Source: Lama guanicoe (Eukaryota). Taken from it: a stretch of DNA of 64,000 bases. How positions within the stretch are numbered: the stretch's first letter is position 1; the number at the start of each line of letters is the position of its first letter. The notes under the pieces are model-generated. The model searched no databases and was not told the origin of the DNA. It saw only the letters and a program-made list of their open reading frames with translations. The position numbers were made by a program, and so were the translations under genes. Of the stretch, positions 13,208 through 25,369 are shown piece after piece. Location of the stretch: the NCBI GenBank assembly GCA_013239625.1, contig MU054187.1, forward strand, positions 20,118,897 through 20,182,896. Direction: 5' to 3'.

Positions 13208-13911
13208 AATTCTCAGATTTCAGAAGCTGTTTTCCTCAAATCATACAGCAAAAAAGTGATTGAATTAAATTAACAAGTATTATATTTCACATTTGTGGAA
13301 ATCATAAGGAATTTTACCGTGAATGTAGATCTTCAAATTTCTTTGGGTTTCAGAGGTGTGGCTGCAATCCTAGACCCCTCTTTTCCCTAGCAGTTTGCAT
13401 AGCAGATATCAGTCGACTGTTCGCCATAAACAGAAGCTCTGCACCAAACAGGAACTCAGTAATCCTATTTTGAACTATTTCAAATGTGACATAAATGAGT
13501 ATCACAGAAAAAGGAAATTAGACAAAGAAATTAAAGCAATTTAGACCTTCAAAGTCAATTCAGTAAAGTTTTGTGGGAGAATAATTGTTTTGCATGTTTT
13601 TAGATGAATAGTTGAATTCATTGTTTATGAGCAAAGATAGAGCAAAAATGAAACTTCCCACCTCTAAGGTTTGTTCATTTTTCTAACAAAAGAAACATGT
13701 TTGTAATTTGTGGCAAGACAGAATGCCAATAAACAGTTATGGGGAATTATCACATCTCCATACACCAAATATACTCTGCCACTCTTCTTGTAAGGAACTC
13801 AGCTAAATAAATATGCAAAGACCCATGTCAGGTATCAGAAATGGGAAATCCCCTCACCTGCAGTGTGATAGGCTGGATTACATCTAAATTAAATGGAAGA
13901 GTAAGACCAAC

Positions 13912-13944
13912 CAAAAAAAAAAACAAAACACTAGGGGAAAAAAA
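13912..13944 (+). mobile_element. Tail-only (A-rich) retroposon insertion with 15-bp TSD
   Basis: aagagtaagaccaac at 13897-13911 and 13945-13959 flanks 33 bp of A-rich sequence. Confidence 0.75.
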
Positions 13945-13984
13945 AAGAGTAAGACCAACACAAGGCCTCTTATACCAAACCTTG

Positions 13985-14315
13985 TTTATTAATATTTATT
14001 TCAAGATATTGATTGGCTTATGTGATTGTGGGAATTAACTAGGCAAGTCTGAAATCTGTAGAGTAGGCTGTCTGTAGTTCACAGGTGAAATTTCTTCTTC
14101 AGGGAAACCTTACTTCTACTTTTAAAGCCTTTTAACTGATTGGATCAGGCTCATCCAAATTATTCAGGATAATCCCCTTTACTTAAAGTCAACTGATTGT
14201 AGATTTTAATCACATCTGTGAAATAACCCTCACAGCAGCACCTGGATTAGTGTTTGATGGACTAACTGAGGACTGCAGCCTAGCCAAGTGGTTGGCATGT
14301 AGAACTGACCATCTA
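13985..14315 (-). mobile_element. MLT2 (ERVL) LTR fragment
   Basis: 'aactgattggatcaggctcatccaaattatt...acttaaagtcaactgattgtagattttaatcacatct...cctagccaagt' is typical of antisense MLT2. Confidence 0.8.
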
Positions 14316-14357
14316 TTGATGATTGAATAAAGGACAAGAATTGTGTGATCTTTTCAG

Positions 14358-14611
14358 NNNNNNNNNNNNNNNNNNNNNNNNNNNNNNNNNNNNNNNNNNN
14401 NNNNNNNNNNNNNNNNNNNNNNNNNNNNNNNNNNNNNNNNNNNNNNNNNNNNNNNNNNNNNNNNNNNNNNNNNNNNNNNNNNNNNNNNNNNNNNNNNNNN
14501 NNNNNNNNNNNNNNNNNNNNNNNNNNNNNNNNNNNNNNNNNNNNNNNNNNNNNNNNNNNNNNNNNNNNNNNNNNNNNNNNNNNNNNNNNNNNNNNNNNNN
14601 NNNNNNNNNNN
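14358..14611. other. Assembly gap (254 N)
   Basis: Run of n characters. Confidence 1.
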
Positions 14612-14850
14612 TAAAACATAATGGGCAGACAGAGACATAACGTAGATTCGTGGTTTTCTAGGGCTGGAGGGAGTGTGCAGAGGAATGCAGAAGGACTTCT
14701 ACTGGGTAAGGGCTTCTCCCGTGTTTATGAAAATGTTCTGAAATTAAATTGTGGTGATGGTTGCACAACTTTGTGAACATACAAGAAAACATTGAATTAC
14801 ACATTTCAACTGGGTGAAGGTAAGGAATATCTCCCCAAAACTATTAAAAA
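14612..14850 (+). mobile_element. L1MB/L1ME-like 3'UTR fragment
   Basis: 'gaaaatgttctgaaatta...gtggtgatggttgcacaactttgtgaa...cattgaatt' is an old L1 3' end. Confidence 0.75.
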
Positions 14851-15839
14851 TTATTAAGGCTTTAGTAACATAGGGATAAAATAAAAATGCATGAAGACTC
14901 CAGGAAGATAGTATATAATGTATTACCTATATGGTTTTTCAAAATTTATTTTGAACAAAAGTAAATTTAAAAAGATACAATTTACAAATATCAAAGGTAA
15001 ACTCAGTACTAAATATAAAATATCAACAATATTACCGAGTACATGTGAAAAAGGAATTAATGTAATCTCAATATGTATCAGTAGTTTGAGATTGTTGTCA
15101 AAATAGAAAAGAGGCATAAATTAGGGTATGCTAATAAAAACACTGTATCTAGAACAAGGAGTTGATACTTTCTACCACACAACAGGTCAAATCAGTTTTT
15201 GGTCCAACAATTTAAGAAACCCTTGGAAAAGTGCACTGTGCCTAATGAGGAACACCTGGGTTATTTTAAATGCACAAACTGTGCAATATAAAAATCATTT
15301 GATGGAACTGATGTGTTTAACGTAAAAAAGGTCTGCACAGGTAATTCTTTTTAAATTTTAAAAAATATTTGATGTAAATTACTTTACTCTGATGTAAAGT
15401 AGTACCTCTTGCTCAAGAAAGTAGAATTTAGAACAATAACAAAAGTTATAAATAGGAGATTTCAATTTTAGCAATAAATCTTTCGGATGAATACAATGAA
15501 ATGAGTTGCTTTCCATCACTGATGATGCTCAAATAAATATAGTATAAATATAGGGGATTTTGTTCTTAGAAATTACAAAACCTGGCGAAATTAAATTTCA
15601 AACTTCAAAATCAACAGTATGGTGAAAAGAGTGTAGATTTTGGAGTCTGAATGATTTGGGTTTTAAATTCTCTGCCAACTCTTAGCAGCATGGCTTAGGA
15701 AAGTTGCTAATGTTCCAAGTCCACTCTTCTCACTTGAAGGGCAAGATTTGACAGATTCTCTTTTATTAGGTTTTTATTAAATTCTGAAAATATTTTTTAA
15801 TCAAATGAAAGCCCTTAAAAGTCATTTAAAAGAATGATT

Positions 15840-16490
15840 GAAATCTGGTCTCTAGTCTAGCATTTAAGAAGCTTGGAAGTCACTATTCTGTCCTAAGAGC
15901 AAGTAAAATGTTAAACAAGTTGAAAAATCAAAGTTCTTCTCAGATCTGTAAGAGAACTGAGGTCACAGAGCAAACTGTTGTCCCCCCACAAATTGGAGAG
16001 ACTGACAGGAGAATACAGAGAATCATAACTGGAGCAGAAGACCGTGAGCTACAACCCCTCAGGGAATAAGGAAACTGAACTGTAATTGATGAGTTGCTGG
16101 AAGCTTAGTGTGGACAGAGAGAGAAACACTCTACGGGACCCAGTCATGGGTGGGGAGGGCCACAATTTTATGAGTTTTACTTCCTGGAGATTTACCAGGT
16201 CCTAACAGTGAATATCAGAGAAATGTCTCATTCTTCTTTCGGGGAGGGGGGAAGGGGAAAAGAACCACTGAACATTTTCTTCTTCTTTATTAAGAACATT
16301 ATTATGTCCTACCCTTGGGGGAAACCAGTTTCCCAAGCCTAACCTGCTGACACTTTATCAGAGCCTGACTGACTGATGAGAAGGGAAAACCCAACCCCAG
16401 CTGCTCCAGCCTTCTGTGTGGGAGAAGGGAAACGGCCAACTCGTCCACTCTAGCCACCTTGTCCTACCTAAGGAGAAGGGCATGGAAAAA
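15840..16490 (+). mobile_element. Old LINE-1 5' region (L1M-type 5'UTR) fragment
   Basis: 'gaagcttggaagtcac...gttgaaaaatcaa...cttctcagatctg...gaggtcacagagcaaactg' resembles L1M 5' ends; more GC-rich than flanks. Confidence 0.6.
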
Positions 16491-18349
16491 TAAATTTAAG
16501 AAGGCAAAAAAAGCTTGTATGGTGTTTGAAGGCTACAATGAAGTATTTTGTCATTTTTTCACTTTAATACTTTTAAACTTGAAATAAATATAAGGAAATA
16601 TATTTTATAAGTCTTTTTTTTAAATTTTATGTATACCAAAATAAAAATTGGTTGGTTAATTAAAAAAGTTACTTAAAATAAAGCAAGATTCATATTTATG
16701 AGTTTAGTTAATCCATAGATGTCATGTAAAGAAATTTACATGGTCAAAAACAAATCTGAAAAACCATACAAAACAACCATTGACTTGTCGATATTAATTT
16801 TTTTGATACAACTACTTGAGGTTAAGGAAGATTTTTGCAGCTTTTGTAAATATCAAAAGTAATAAGGAAAATAATGATTACTGTCAATATAGAGATTGAA
16901 ATTCAGTCTCTCAGTTATTTTTTGTAATAATCCTTATACTGATAAAAGTTATTGTACTTGGTAACAGATCAATTTTTTAGCCAAAGTATTGAAATTATCA
17001 TTCTTTTAATCTAAAAATATCCATACCACTATTAAATCAGTTAATTATAATGCTCCAAAATAAAGCTTACATTATAAGTAATGCTTGGTTATATTTCTTA
17101 GTTCTTTCCAAAAAGATTTTTATTTTACAATGACCAATGCAAATTAGATTGACTTAAAAAAATATATATATATATAATATAATATAATTTATTTCACTTA
17201 TCTTTATTATAATATAAAAGGAGGGTTATTTTGCTGTTTTATCTTGGAATGTCATATAACTTCATTTTCTAATCCTTTTTCAGAACTCAATATCCAAAAT
17301 TTTGTATGTGTTAGCAACAGAAAGATGTCAGCTTTCTCCTAGTCACTGAATACCAATTTTTGATGATGGCATTATCGAAAGCCTAACTTTTTATTTTTTC
17401 AAAATAACATTGTTCAGTGGCTATTTGAAAACGTGAGTGGAAATTCCCAAATTTGGTGAATGGCTCTATCAAGAAAAATTAGATGTTTCAATCAATCACT
17501 GTTTAATCAAATTTACTATTCAGACTTAAATTTGTCAAATTTTGTTTCTTCTAAAACTGTAAAACTTTCTAAGATAGACAGTCTTGCTCTAGAGATGTTC
17601 ATGGCTAAAAAGAATTTAGGTAATTCATTGCAAAAGATATTATATTTAAAAGAAGATGAGACATTTTGACAGCCCAATAGGTCTCACCACTTATGATTTG
17701 TTTTGGAGTATAAAAATCCCCGTATTTGAAAATAGTTCATATAAAATACGTATTTTCTCTTAATGAACTACTAAGAGAGACAAACAACCTTCCACAAATA
17801 TTCTGAATTCAAAATAGTTCATTATTTAAAATATCTATCTCCTTTTGGTACACTTCATTTGGTATTAGTCATTTACATTTTCGGATATTTTTTATGAAAG
17901 TAATGAAATCATTTCTTAACTGAGTCTTGAATCAATTAAAATTAGATAAATTATTTGAGAAATGCTTATAAATACATTTTATATTCTTTTGAACTAACCA
18001 AGTTGTACGGTAATCTGTACATTGACATTTTTGAACAAAGATTGACGATTTGACTTGAGCAACAAATTGATGCTCCAACTTGGGTGATGAAAGAGCTTGC
18101 CATTGTTTAGAAAAGAAAATTTGGATTGGTCTGAAGTCTCTTTCTCCTATGTTCCATCAGTATTCACTGTACGAATAGGAATCTACGTCAACCTGACATG
18201 CCGAACTGAGGTTCCCAGAAGCACATTTTCGGAATAGTTGATGCATGTTAAAATGTGTTGAAAGCATTTCTATGAACTGAGGTTGTCAGTAGACCATATG
18301 TTTCTATTTATCAAGTCTATTATTATATAATAATAGAGGACATTTGCTG

Positions 18350-18550
18350 GATACTTACTATCTATTAGGCACTATTCTATGTACTTTTGATGAATTGACT
18401 CTTTTCTCAAAATAACCCTATTAGATGGAGCCTGTCATTAACCTTATTTTATAGAAGAAACAAAGATAGTTAAGCAATTGTCAAAGTCACACATCTAATT
18501 AAATAGTGAAGCTAAGTTTGAACCACAGGCAATCTTGTTTTAGAGCTCAG
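18350..18550 (-). mobile_element. MIR SINE
   Basis: 'ggcactattct...ttattttatagaagaaac...gttaagcaattgtcaaagtcacacatct...tttgaacc'. Confidence 0.7.
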
Positions 18551-19107
18551 ACTAGCAAAACATAAAAAGATATAATTATTCTTTTACATATTTATAAATA
18601 TTATCCACCAGTAATATCTTTGCAAAATGTTCATGTATAAACATTCAGCAAAACACACCCAAAGTTGCCAGACTGGGGCTGGTACTGACATATTTATTTA
18701 CAAACTCTTTCCAAGAGTACATTCTTAGCTAACAGACAGTTGTGGTAGTCCGGTAATTTTAGTCACTCAATTAAATTTAATAATTTTTAAAATTAATTAC
18801 ATTTTTACCATTTCATTCAAGCTTCACTTCCACTGTTCAGGAATCAATAGAGTCAGGAATTGGAGTGAAATTTCTTAGTTCAAACCTTTGAAATCATTTA
18901 AAGCACCTAGGAGGGTTTATTCGAATATCTGAACTAAACTTCATAAGAAAGATATAACTTTTATTTTTAATGTATTCTTACTGCTAAGTGGAGTCATTCT
19001 GTGAGAAAACAACCATAATCTTTGCTAAAAATAAAAATTGAGATAGTCTTTCTGCAAGAGTTTATAATGGAAGATAAGTATTATAACTGATTTTTTTCAG
19101 AAAAGAA

Positions 19108-19287
19108 TTTCTTTCTTTTTCTTTTTTATTGAAGTATAGTTGGGTTATAATATTGTGTTAATTTCTGGTGTACAGTGTAGTCATTCAGTTATATATATTT
19201 TATTTTCTCATATTCTTTTTCATTATAATCTATTACAAAACATTGACTGTAGTTCCCTGCGCCATACAGTAGGACCTTGCTGTTTAA
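19108..19287 (-). mobile_element. LINE-1 3' tail, antisense
   Basis: polyT then 'attgaagtatagttg...gttccctgcgccatacagtaggaccttgctgttta'. Confidence 0.88.
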
Positions 19288-20109
19288 GACCTGCTATATG
19301 CCAGCCGTTTTTCCCATGCTGGAGATACAGTAGTCAACAAAATAAACAGAGTATCTTTCCCCCAATTACACTTTCAATTGCTTATTGGCCTCTGAAAACT
19401 TGTACAAGGAGGGGCAGAAATGTAAATACTTTGTGTGGCTTAGCGGGTAACATAAATAGGTAAATAAGACAGGGTTAAAATATCAGGGAATGGTAAGGCC
19501 CATCATGCACTGGATTGTGCATACTCAGCCCAGAGGACTTGGGGGTTTATTTCTTTCCATCACTTTAGCAGCCAATGAAATGTGTCCTTTTTCAGAATAA
19601 GGGAGATTTCACCTTTCTCCAAGAATCCCCATGGGTAAGTGATACTTCACACCATCCATTCCCATCCTTGCTTGTACTTGAAGATACACTACCCTTCATG
19701 CTACAAGAAGTCAATCAAAATTTGCTTTGACCTTTCGAGGTGGGAATCTCTACCTGCTGGATTAGTCTATTCTTTACCGTTGGCTCTGACCTCACAGAGG
19801 TCTTTCGCTTTGAGTTCACTTCTGTGTCTACTACAAACACATACGTCTGAAGGTAAAGCACATCAAAGTCAACCTGAAAACGGTCAATTAATAAGCATTT
19901 CCTGATACCGTTTCTGTATTATTCCAAGGCTACGCAGAAGAAGTGTAAATATCTAGATGAGTGGACAGGACCAATCAGTAAGCAAAATAAATAAGTAAAT
20001 ACTAGAAACTCTGTATAAATTATTATAACTTCAATAAATATTAGAATTTGGAGATACGTGTATAAGATCGGGATGAAGGAAAAGAGGAGATCTCATGTGT
20101 GTGTTATCA

Positions 20110-23100
20110 TACAGTCTTTGTTTTTCTCTGTCTCACTTATTTCACTTAGCATAATGATCTCACATCGTATTTATCCATTTAATCATACACAGACAAGGTT
20201 GTTTCCAAATCCTGGTTATTGCAAACAATGCTGCAAAACAGTGAACATGAGAGAGCAGACATCTCTCTGAGATCCCGATTTCATTTCCTTTGAGTATATA
20301 CCTGCAAGTGAATTGCTGAATCACATAATAGTTATATTTTTAGTTTTTAAGAGAAACTTCCATACTGTATAAATTGTGCAGGAGCTGTACTGGTTTACAT
20401 TACCACCTGTGTTGCACAAGGGTAGCCTTATCTCCACATTCTCACCACCTCAATGATCTCTTGTCTTTTTAAAAATAAACATTCTAACAGGTTTCGGGGG
20501 TGTCGCATGGGGCTTTAGTTTGCATTTCCCTGACGTTGAGCATCTTCTCATGTGCCTATTCACCACTTGAATGTCTTCTCTGGAAAAATATCTGTTCAGG
20601 TCCTCTGCCCATTTTTAAATCAAATTGTTTGATTTTTTGCTGTTGAGGTTTCCAAGTTCCTTGAATATTTTGGATATTAAGCCCTTATCAGATACACGGT
20701 TTGCCAATATTTCTTCTGTTCTGTAGGTTGCCCTTTTATTTTGTTGTTTCTTTTGCTGCACAGAAGCTGTTTAATTTTGTGTACTTCCACTGGTTTGTTT
20801 TTACTTTTGCTGCTTGTGCTTTTGGTGTCATAATCAAAAAATCAGTTTATGTCTATAAATGTCTATTTTAAGTTGATAAAATTTAAGTTTGATCTCATTC
20901 TAAAAGTCTACGTTTTTTTCTCTCCTCCTTCATATATTGTTTTTGATGTCACATTTTACATCTTCTTATCCCTTAATTCATTATTGCAGTTATAGTTATT
21001 TTTATTATTTTTATCTTTTAACCATCAAACTAGCTTTATAAGTGATTAATCCACTATCTTTACTACCTATGTACCTTTCCAGTTAGATTTATTTTTCCAT
21101 ACATTTTCTTGTTACTAATTAGCATCTTCTCAGATTAAAGAAGTCCTTTTAACATTTCTTTTAAGGCGATTTAGTGATAATGAATTCCGTTAACTTTTGC
21201 TTCTCTGGAAAATTCTTGCTTTTCCTTCAATTCAGAATGATAACATTCTTAGGTAGAGTATTCTTGGTTGAAAGCTTTTTTTTTTCCTATCACTTGGAAC
21301 ATATCACGCCACTCCCTTCTACCCTACAAAGTTTCTGCTGAAAAATCTGCTGATGGTCTTTTGAGGGGTTCCTTTATATATAGCATATAACAAGTTTTTC
21401 TATTGTTGCTTTTATGATTCTTCCCTTATCTTTAATTTTGACATTTTTAATTTTAATGTGTTTCGGTATGGTTCTCTTTGGGTACATCTTGTTTAGGACC
21501 TCTGGGCTTCCTGGATCTGGTTGTCTATTTCCTTCTCTTGATTAGGGAAATTTTCAGCCATTGTTTCCTCAAGTAATTTTTCTATTTTCTGGGTCCCCTG
21601 TATTGCAAATGTACCACTTGATGTTGTCCCACAATTCCCTTAAGCTATGTTTTCTTTTTATAATTTCTTTTTCCTTTTTACTGCTCTGATTGGATGAGTT
21701 CCACTGCCTTCTCTTTGAGTTCACTTGTCCCTTCTGCTTTACCCAGTTTGTTCTTGATTCCCTCTAGTGTTTTTTCGGCTCAGTTTTTGTATTCTTCAGT
21801 TCTGTGATGTGTAGTTAGCACTTTCTCATATTTTTTCTATCTTTTTGTTGAAGTTTTCACTGTGTTCATTCATTCTTCCCCCAAGTTTGGTGTCATCTGG
21901 CAGCAGTCACAAAAACTGGGGCACCTGACAAGGGTATAAACACCATTCCAAGCGATACTAAGCTAGAGTGAAGCAGATGGAGAGTGCGCAAAGATGGTGC
22001 CCACCAGCTTCTTGTCCTTAAGAGTACCTCTGTAGCCCCCTAGATATGCGCCAAACCTGAAGCCTGTCCCTTAAGCCAAAGCCCAGGACAGTCAAAAAGG
22101 CCCCTTGCCCAGAAGGACTGGGAGTATATGTCAGCCTGCTGTTTCTGCAATGCCCTGGAAGCCTGCCGAGTTCTCTCTGGTTCCGCAGTCCCATGGATCC
22201 CGGGAACAGCTTTCTCACTGAATGTTTCATATGACTCCAGGAAGCCTATGTTGCTTCTGTAAGTTGATATTTGGACTCCTTATATATTTCCAAAAACTCA
22301 TTTTGGATCTTGTGCTCTAATAAATCATAAGTTTCTTTAAATAATTTTCCAAACATTGTCTCCATTTTCAAAAACTGTTATGAAAGTAGAAATTTTACAA
22401 TGTTGAAATATTAAATATTTGAATATAGTAGCTTTCTTTCTCTTTGAATGAATATCAAGATGATACAATGATTGATAAAGGGAACATATCCAGAGAATCC
22501 ACCCAAAAAAAAAAAAAAAAAGAAAAAAAAAGGCATCCAGAGCCAGGTGACCAAGAGGTGTTCCCTGGGTGGCAGCCACCAAAATCAGGGAACCAGATGC
22601 TTGTCAAAGCTCCCTTCCAAGAGATACGTGTTCTATGGAGCACAGCAGAGGTGGAGTGTGAAGATGGTGCCTGCTGCAAAAAGAATTTTTAAAAATAAAA
22701 AGAAAGAAAAGAAAAAGAAAAAATTAAAGAGAAACAGCATCAAGGAACAGATCAAGGAAGAGGAAGAGCTCTGAAATGGTGCCTGCCTGATACAGGAAAA
22801 TGAATGTGGGGTGAGAGGAGGGCCATGTCCTAGGCCTTAGTTGAGTCCCTGGGATGTGCCCCAACAAGTGTGGGTCCTTGTCTTTGCACAGGAAAGAATT
22901 CAAGAGTGAGACACAGTTGAGTAAAGGTAGACTTATTTACAGAGATGCATACTCCATAGACAGAGTTGCAGGCTGTTTCAGAAGCAAGAGAAAGGCCACG
23001 AGGTGTGGGCGTTGGGTGCTTAGTTTAAACTAGAAGTAGATACACACCCCATAGTCAGAGTGTGGGCCATCTCACTCAGAAGAGAGACTGACCATGAAGT

Positions 23101-23750
23101 ATGGGGGTTGTTAATTTTTATGGGCTCAGTAATTTCATATGCTAACAAGTGAAAGGATTATTTCAACTGCTTTGGGGAAGGGGCTGGGACTCCTAGGAAT
23201 TGGGCCACTGCCCACTTTTTGACCTCTTATGGTCAGTCTCGGAACTGTCATGGTGCCTGTGGGAGAGCCACTTAGCATGCTAATATATTACAAAGAGCGT
23301 ATATTGAAGCGCAACGTCTACTGGAAGACAAATCTCCCACCATCTTGAGACTCAAGGCCTCCTGCGAGTTGAATCACCATTTTGCTGCGTCATTCCTTGA
23401 ATGGCTGTGCCCTGCCCCCTTCCTTCCTGTCTCATGCCTTCTAGAGTAAGGCTACCGAGGAGCATAAAAATAAAGCCTGAAAGGAAAAAAGATATGGCGT
23501 GCACTGGCCAGAGCAAGCAGAGGGAGAGTGTTAAGATGACGTCTGTGGTCTCCCTCCCTGAAGAGGGATCCAGCAGTCTCTTAGAAATGTGTGTTAAATT
23601 AGAGGCAAGCTCCTCAAACTTAGGCTTTAATATAAACAAATGAGCCTTTTTCACTTGAAGTCTGGGCACAGTTGGCTGCCTTTGAGCTGGGTCCTGCACA
23701 TATGAGTCCAAGCTCACAAGCTTCCTTTAAGCTATTGGACAAATCTCTCC
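20110..23750 (-). mobile_element. Internally deleted old LINE-1 (3' ORF2 piece ~20110-20850; ORF1/inter-ORF ~20850-21900; 5'UTR-like ~21900-23750) with nested insertions
   Basis: 'cttatttcacttagcataatg', 'gatattaagcccttatcagata', 'aaagtttctgctgaaaaatctgctgat' and 'gggaaattttcagccatt' are antisense L1 hallmarks. Confidence 0.8.
22788..23434 (-). mobile_element. ERV1-type solo LTR (647 bp) with 4-bp TSD
   Basis: TG...CA termini; tgcc at 22784-22787 and 23435-23438; 'caggaaagaattcaagagtgag' and 'tgctaatatatta' are LTR-like. Confidence 0.8.
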
Positions 23751-25153
23751 CAGTGGGAATCTTGGTCTGACCAGGAGATCAAGGCACACTTCCCACACTT
23801 CCCTGTTCACCTTCTTCTCACTCTCAACCTCTCAAGGTCAGGTTTTCTCCATCTATTCCAGTCTGTTTTTTCCATACTTCTTCCTAAAGTGACATTTTAT
23901 GTGTCATCCTCATGGAGCATATATGGAGTAGAGGGGGAGAAACTGAGATTTAAGGAACAAAGTGTTACAAAGCATATTATGCATTTTACATCCACCTGTC
24001 GTAATATAAATTGATACAATAAGGCAAGAAATAAGCCTTGCCAAACTTCCAAACATTTCTGAATATATCACAATTTCAATAAATTTCTGTCTGTTTTATT
24101 TCCTATAGCAAGCTTTTAGCTGTATAAATGAATTACAAGTTTGGAGTCTTCATTGCAAATTCTTTGTGCTTATCTCATTTGTTTATACCTGTTTACTTTC
24201 TGCCTTTGGGTATAAAACACATATTCTCAAGAGCAGAGATTTTATATATTATAAATCCAAGGCCCTTGGCTCCTGAAACAGTGTTCAGGGATTATAGACA
24301 TTCAATTGTTTATGGAGAAAATTAATAAGTTAAGGATATTGTGGGAGATCTCCCCAAAACATAACAACAATGTTTCACACTAAAATTTCTACAATAAGAA
24401 AAAGGATTAATCTGGATCTTTCTTCTCTTTCAAAATGTTCTGAATTAATTTGTCCTAAAGAGCTGAAAGCATCCTGCCAAGATCCAGAAGCAGTTTCTTT
24501 CAGAGCATTGAAAACCTGGATAAGTTCAACATATTCATTCTAAAACACATTGACATCAGGCCCTCCTTAAAGTAGCCATTGTTCTGAGCCCTTCTTCATT
24601 TGCAAAATCTATTTATTTAGGTACTGTTCATCTCTAAAGTATTATAATACTACAGGGAAAGTCCTGTATTAATTGGCATATTAAAAGGGCACAGAAGAAA
24701 ATTAGCTTTTCTTATTATGAATGGAGAGAATTTATCTGAGTGTTTATTTGTGTTCTTATCCTAACACAGTGATTGATACCCAGCATATGGTGGTCCTTAA
24801 TAACTACATAATTTGTATTTTATAGTTTACATGGTGCTTTCACACACACAATTTTATTTATTGGTCACTACAGCTCACATATTATTTACCAATGTTGAAA
24901 TTAAAAACAAACAGTAACTTTGTTATCACAGAATTTCTTTGGAGTTAATTAAAAAACAGCACAGACTTTTTAATGTGAGAAGAACTGAAATGAGAAAGAG
25001 AGGAAAGCATGACTGGGCATTGTCGAAGGGCTATAAACTTTTTTTTTTTTAATTCTGTCTTCTCATAACTCAAAAATGCAATAGTTTAGAAGTCACTGAT
25101 TCTTAACTTTTTGGCTAGCAAATATATGTAGAACCCAAACTGAAAACTATACT

Positions 25154-25209
25154 ATGCTTAGCAAATATAAAATATAAAATGATGCTAAGTAAATATCAAA
25201 TATAAAATG
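25154..25209. repeat. 28-bp tandem duplication (2 copies, 3 mismatches)
   Basis: atgcttagcaaatataaaatataaaatg / atgctaagtaaatatcaaatataaaatg. Confidence 0.85.
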
Positions 25210-25369
25210 AAACCCTAATCAAATCTAGGCTAGAAGATTGGCCAAGGCTGGTAATGGGTTGCTCGTAAATGTTCAACCATATATTCACCCCCCACTAACA
25301 AGTACCATCAGTAGTTTAAGGTCAACTGAGAAGGCAAGATATACTCACTTGTTGACACTGTTTCAGAAA

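Noticed and set aside
14230..14640. Four ORFs of 89-129 aa
   Set aside because: Artefacts of the N gap (poly-X)
22444..22774. Lysine-rich ORFs
   Set aside because: Produced by A-tracts
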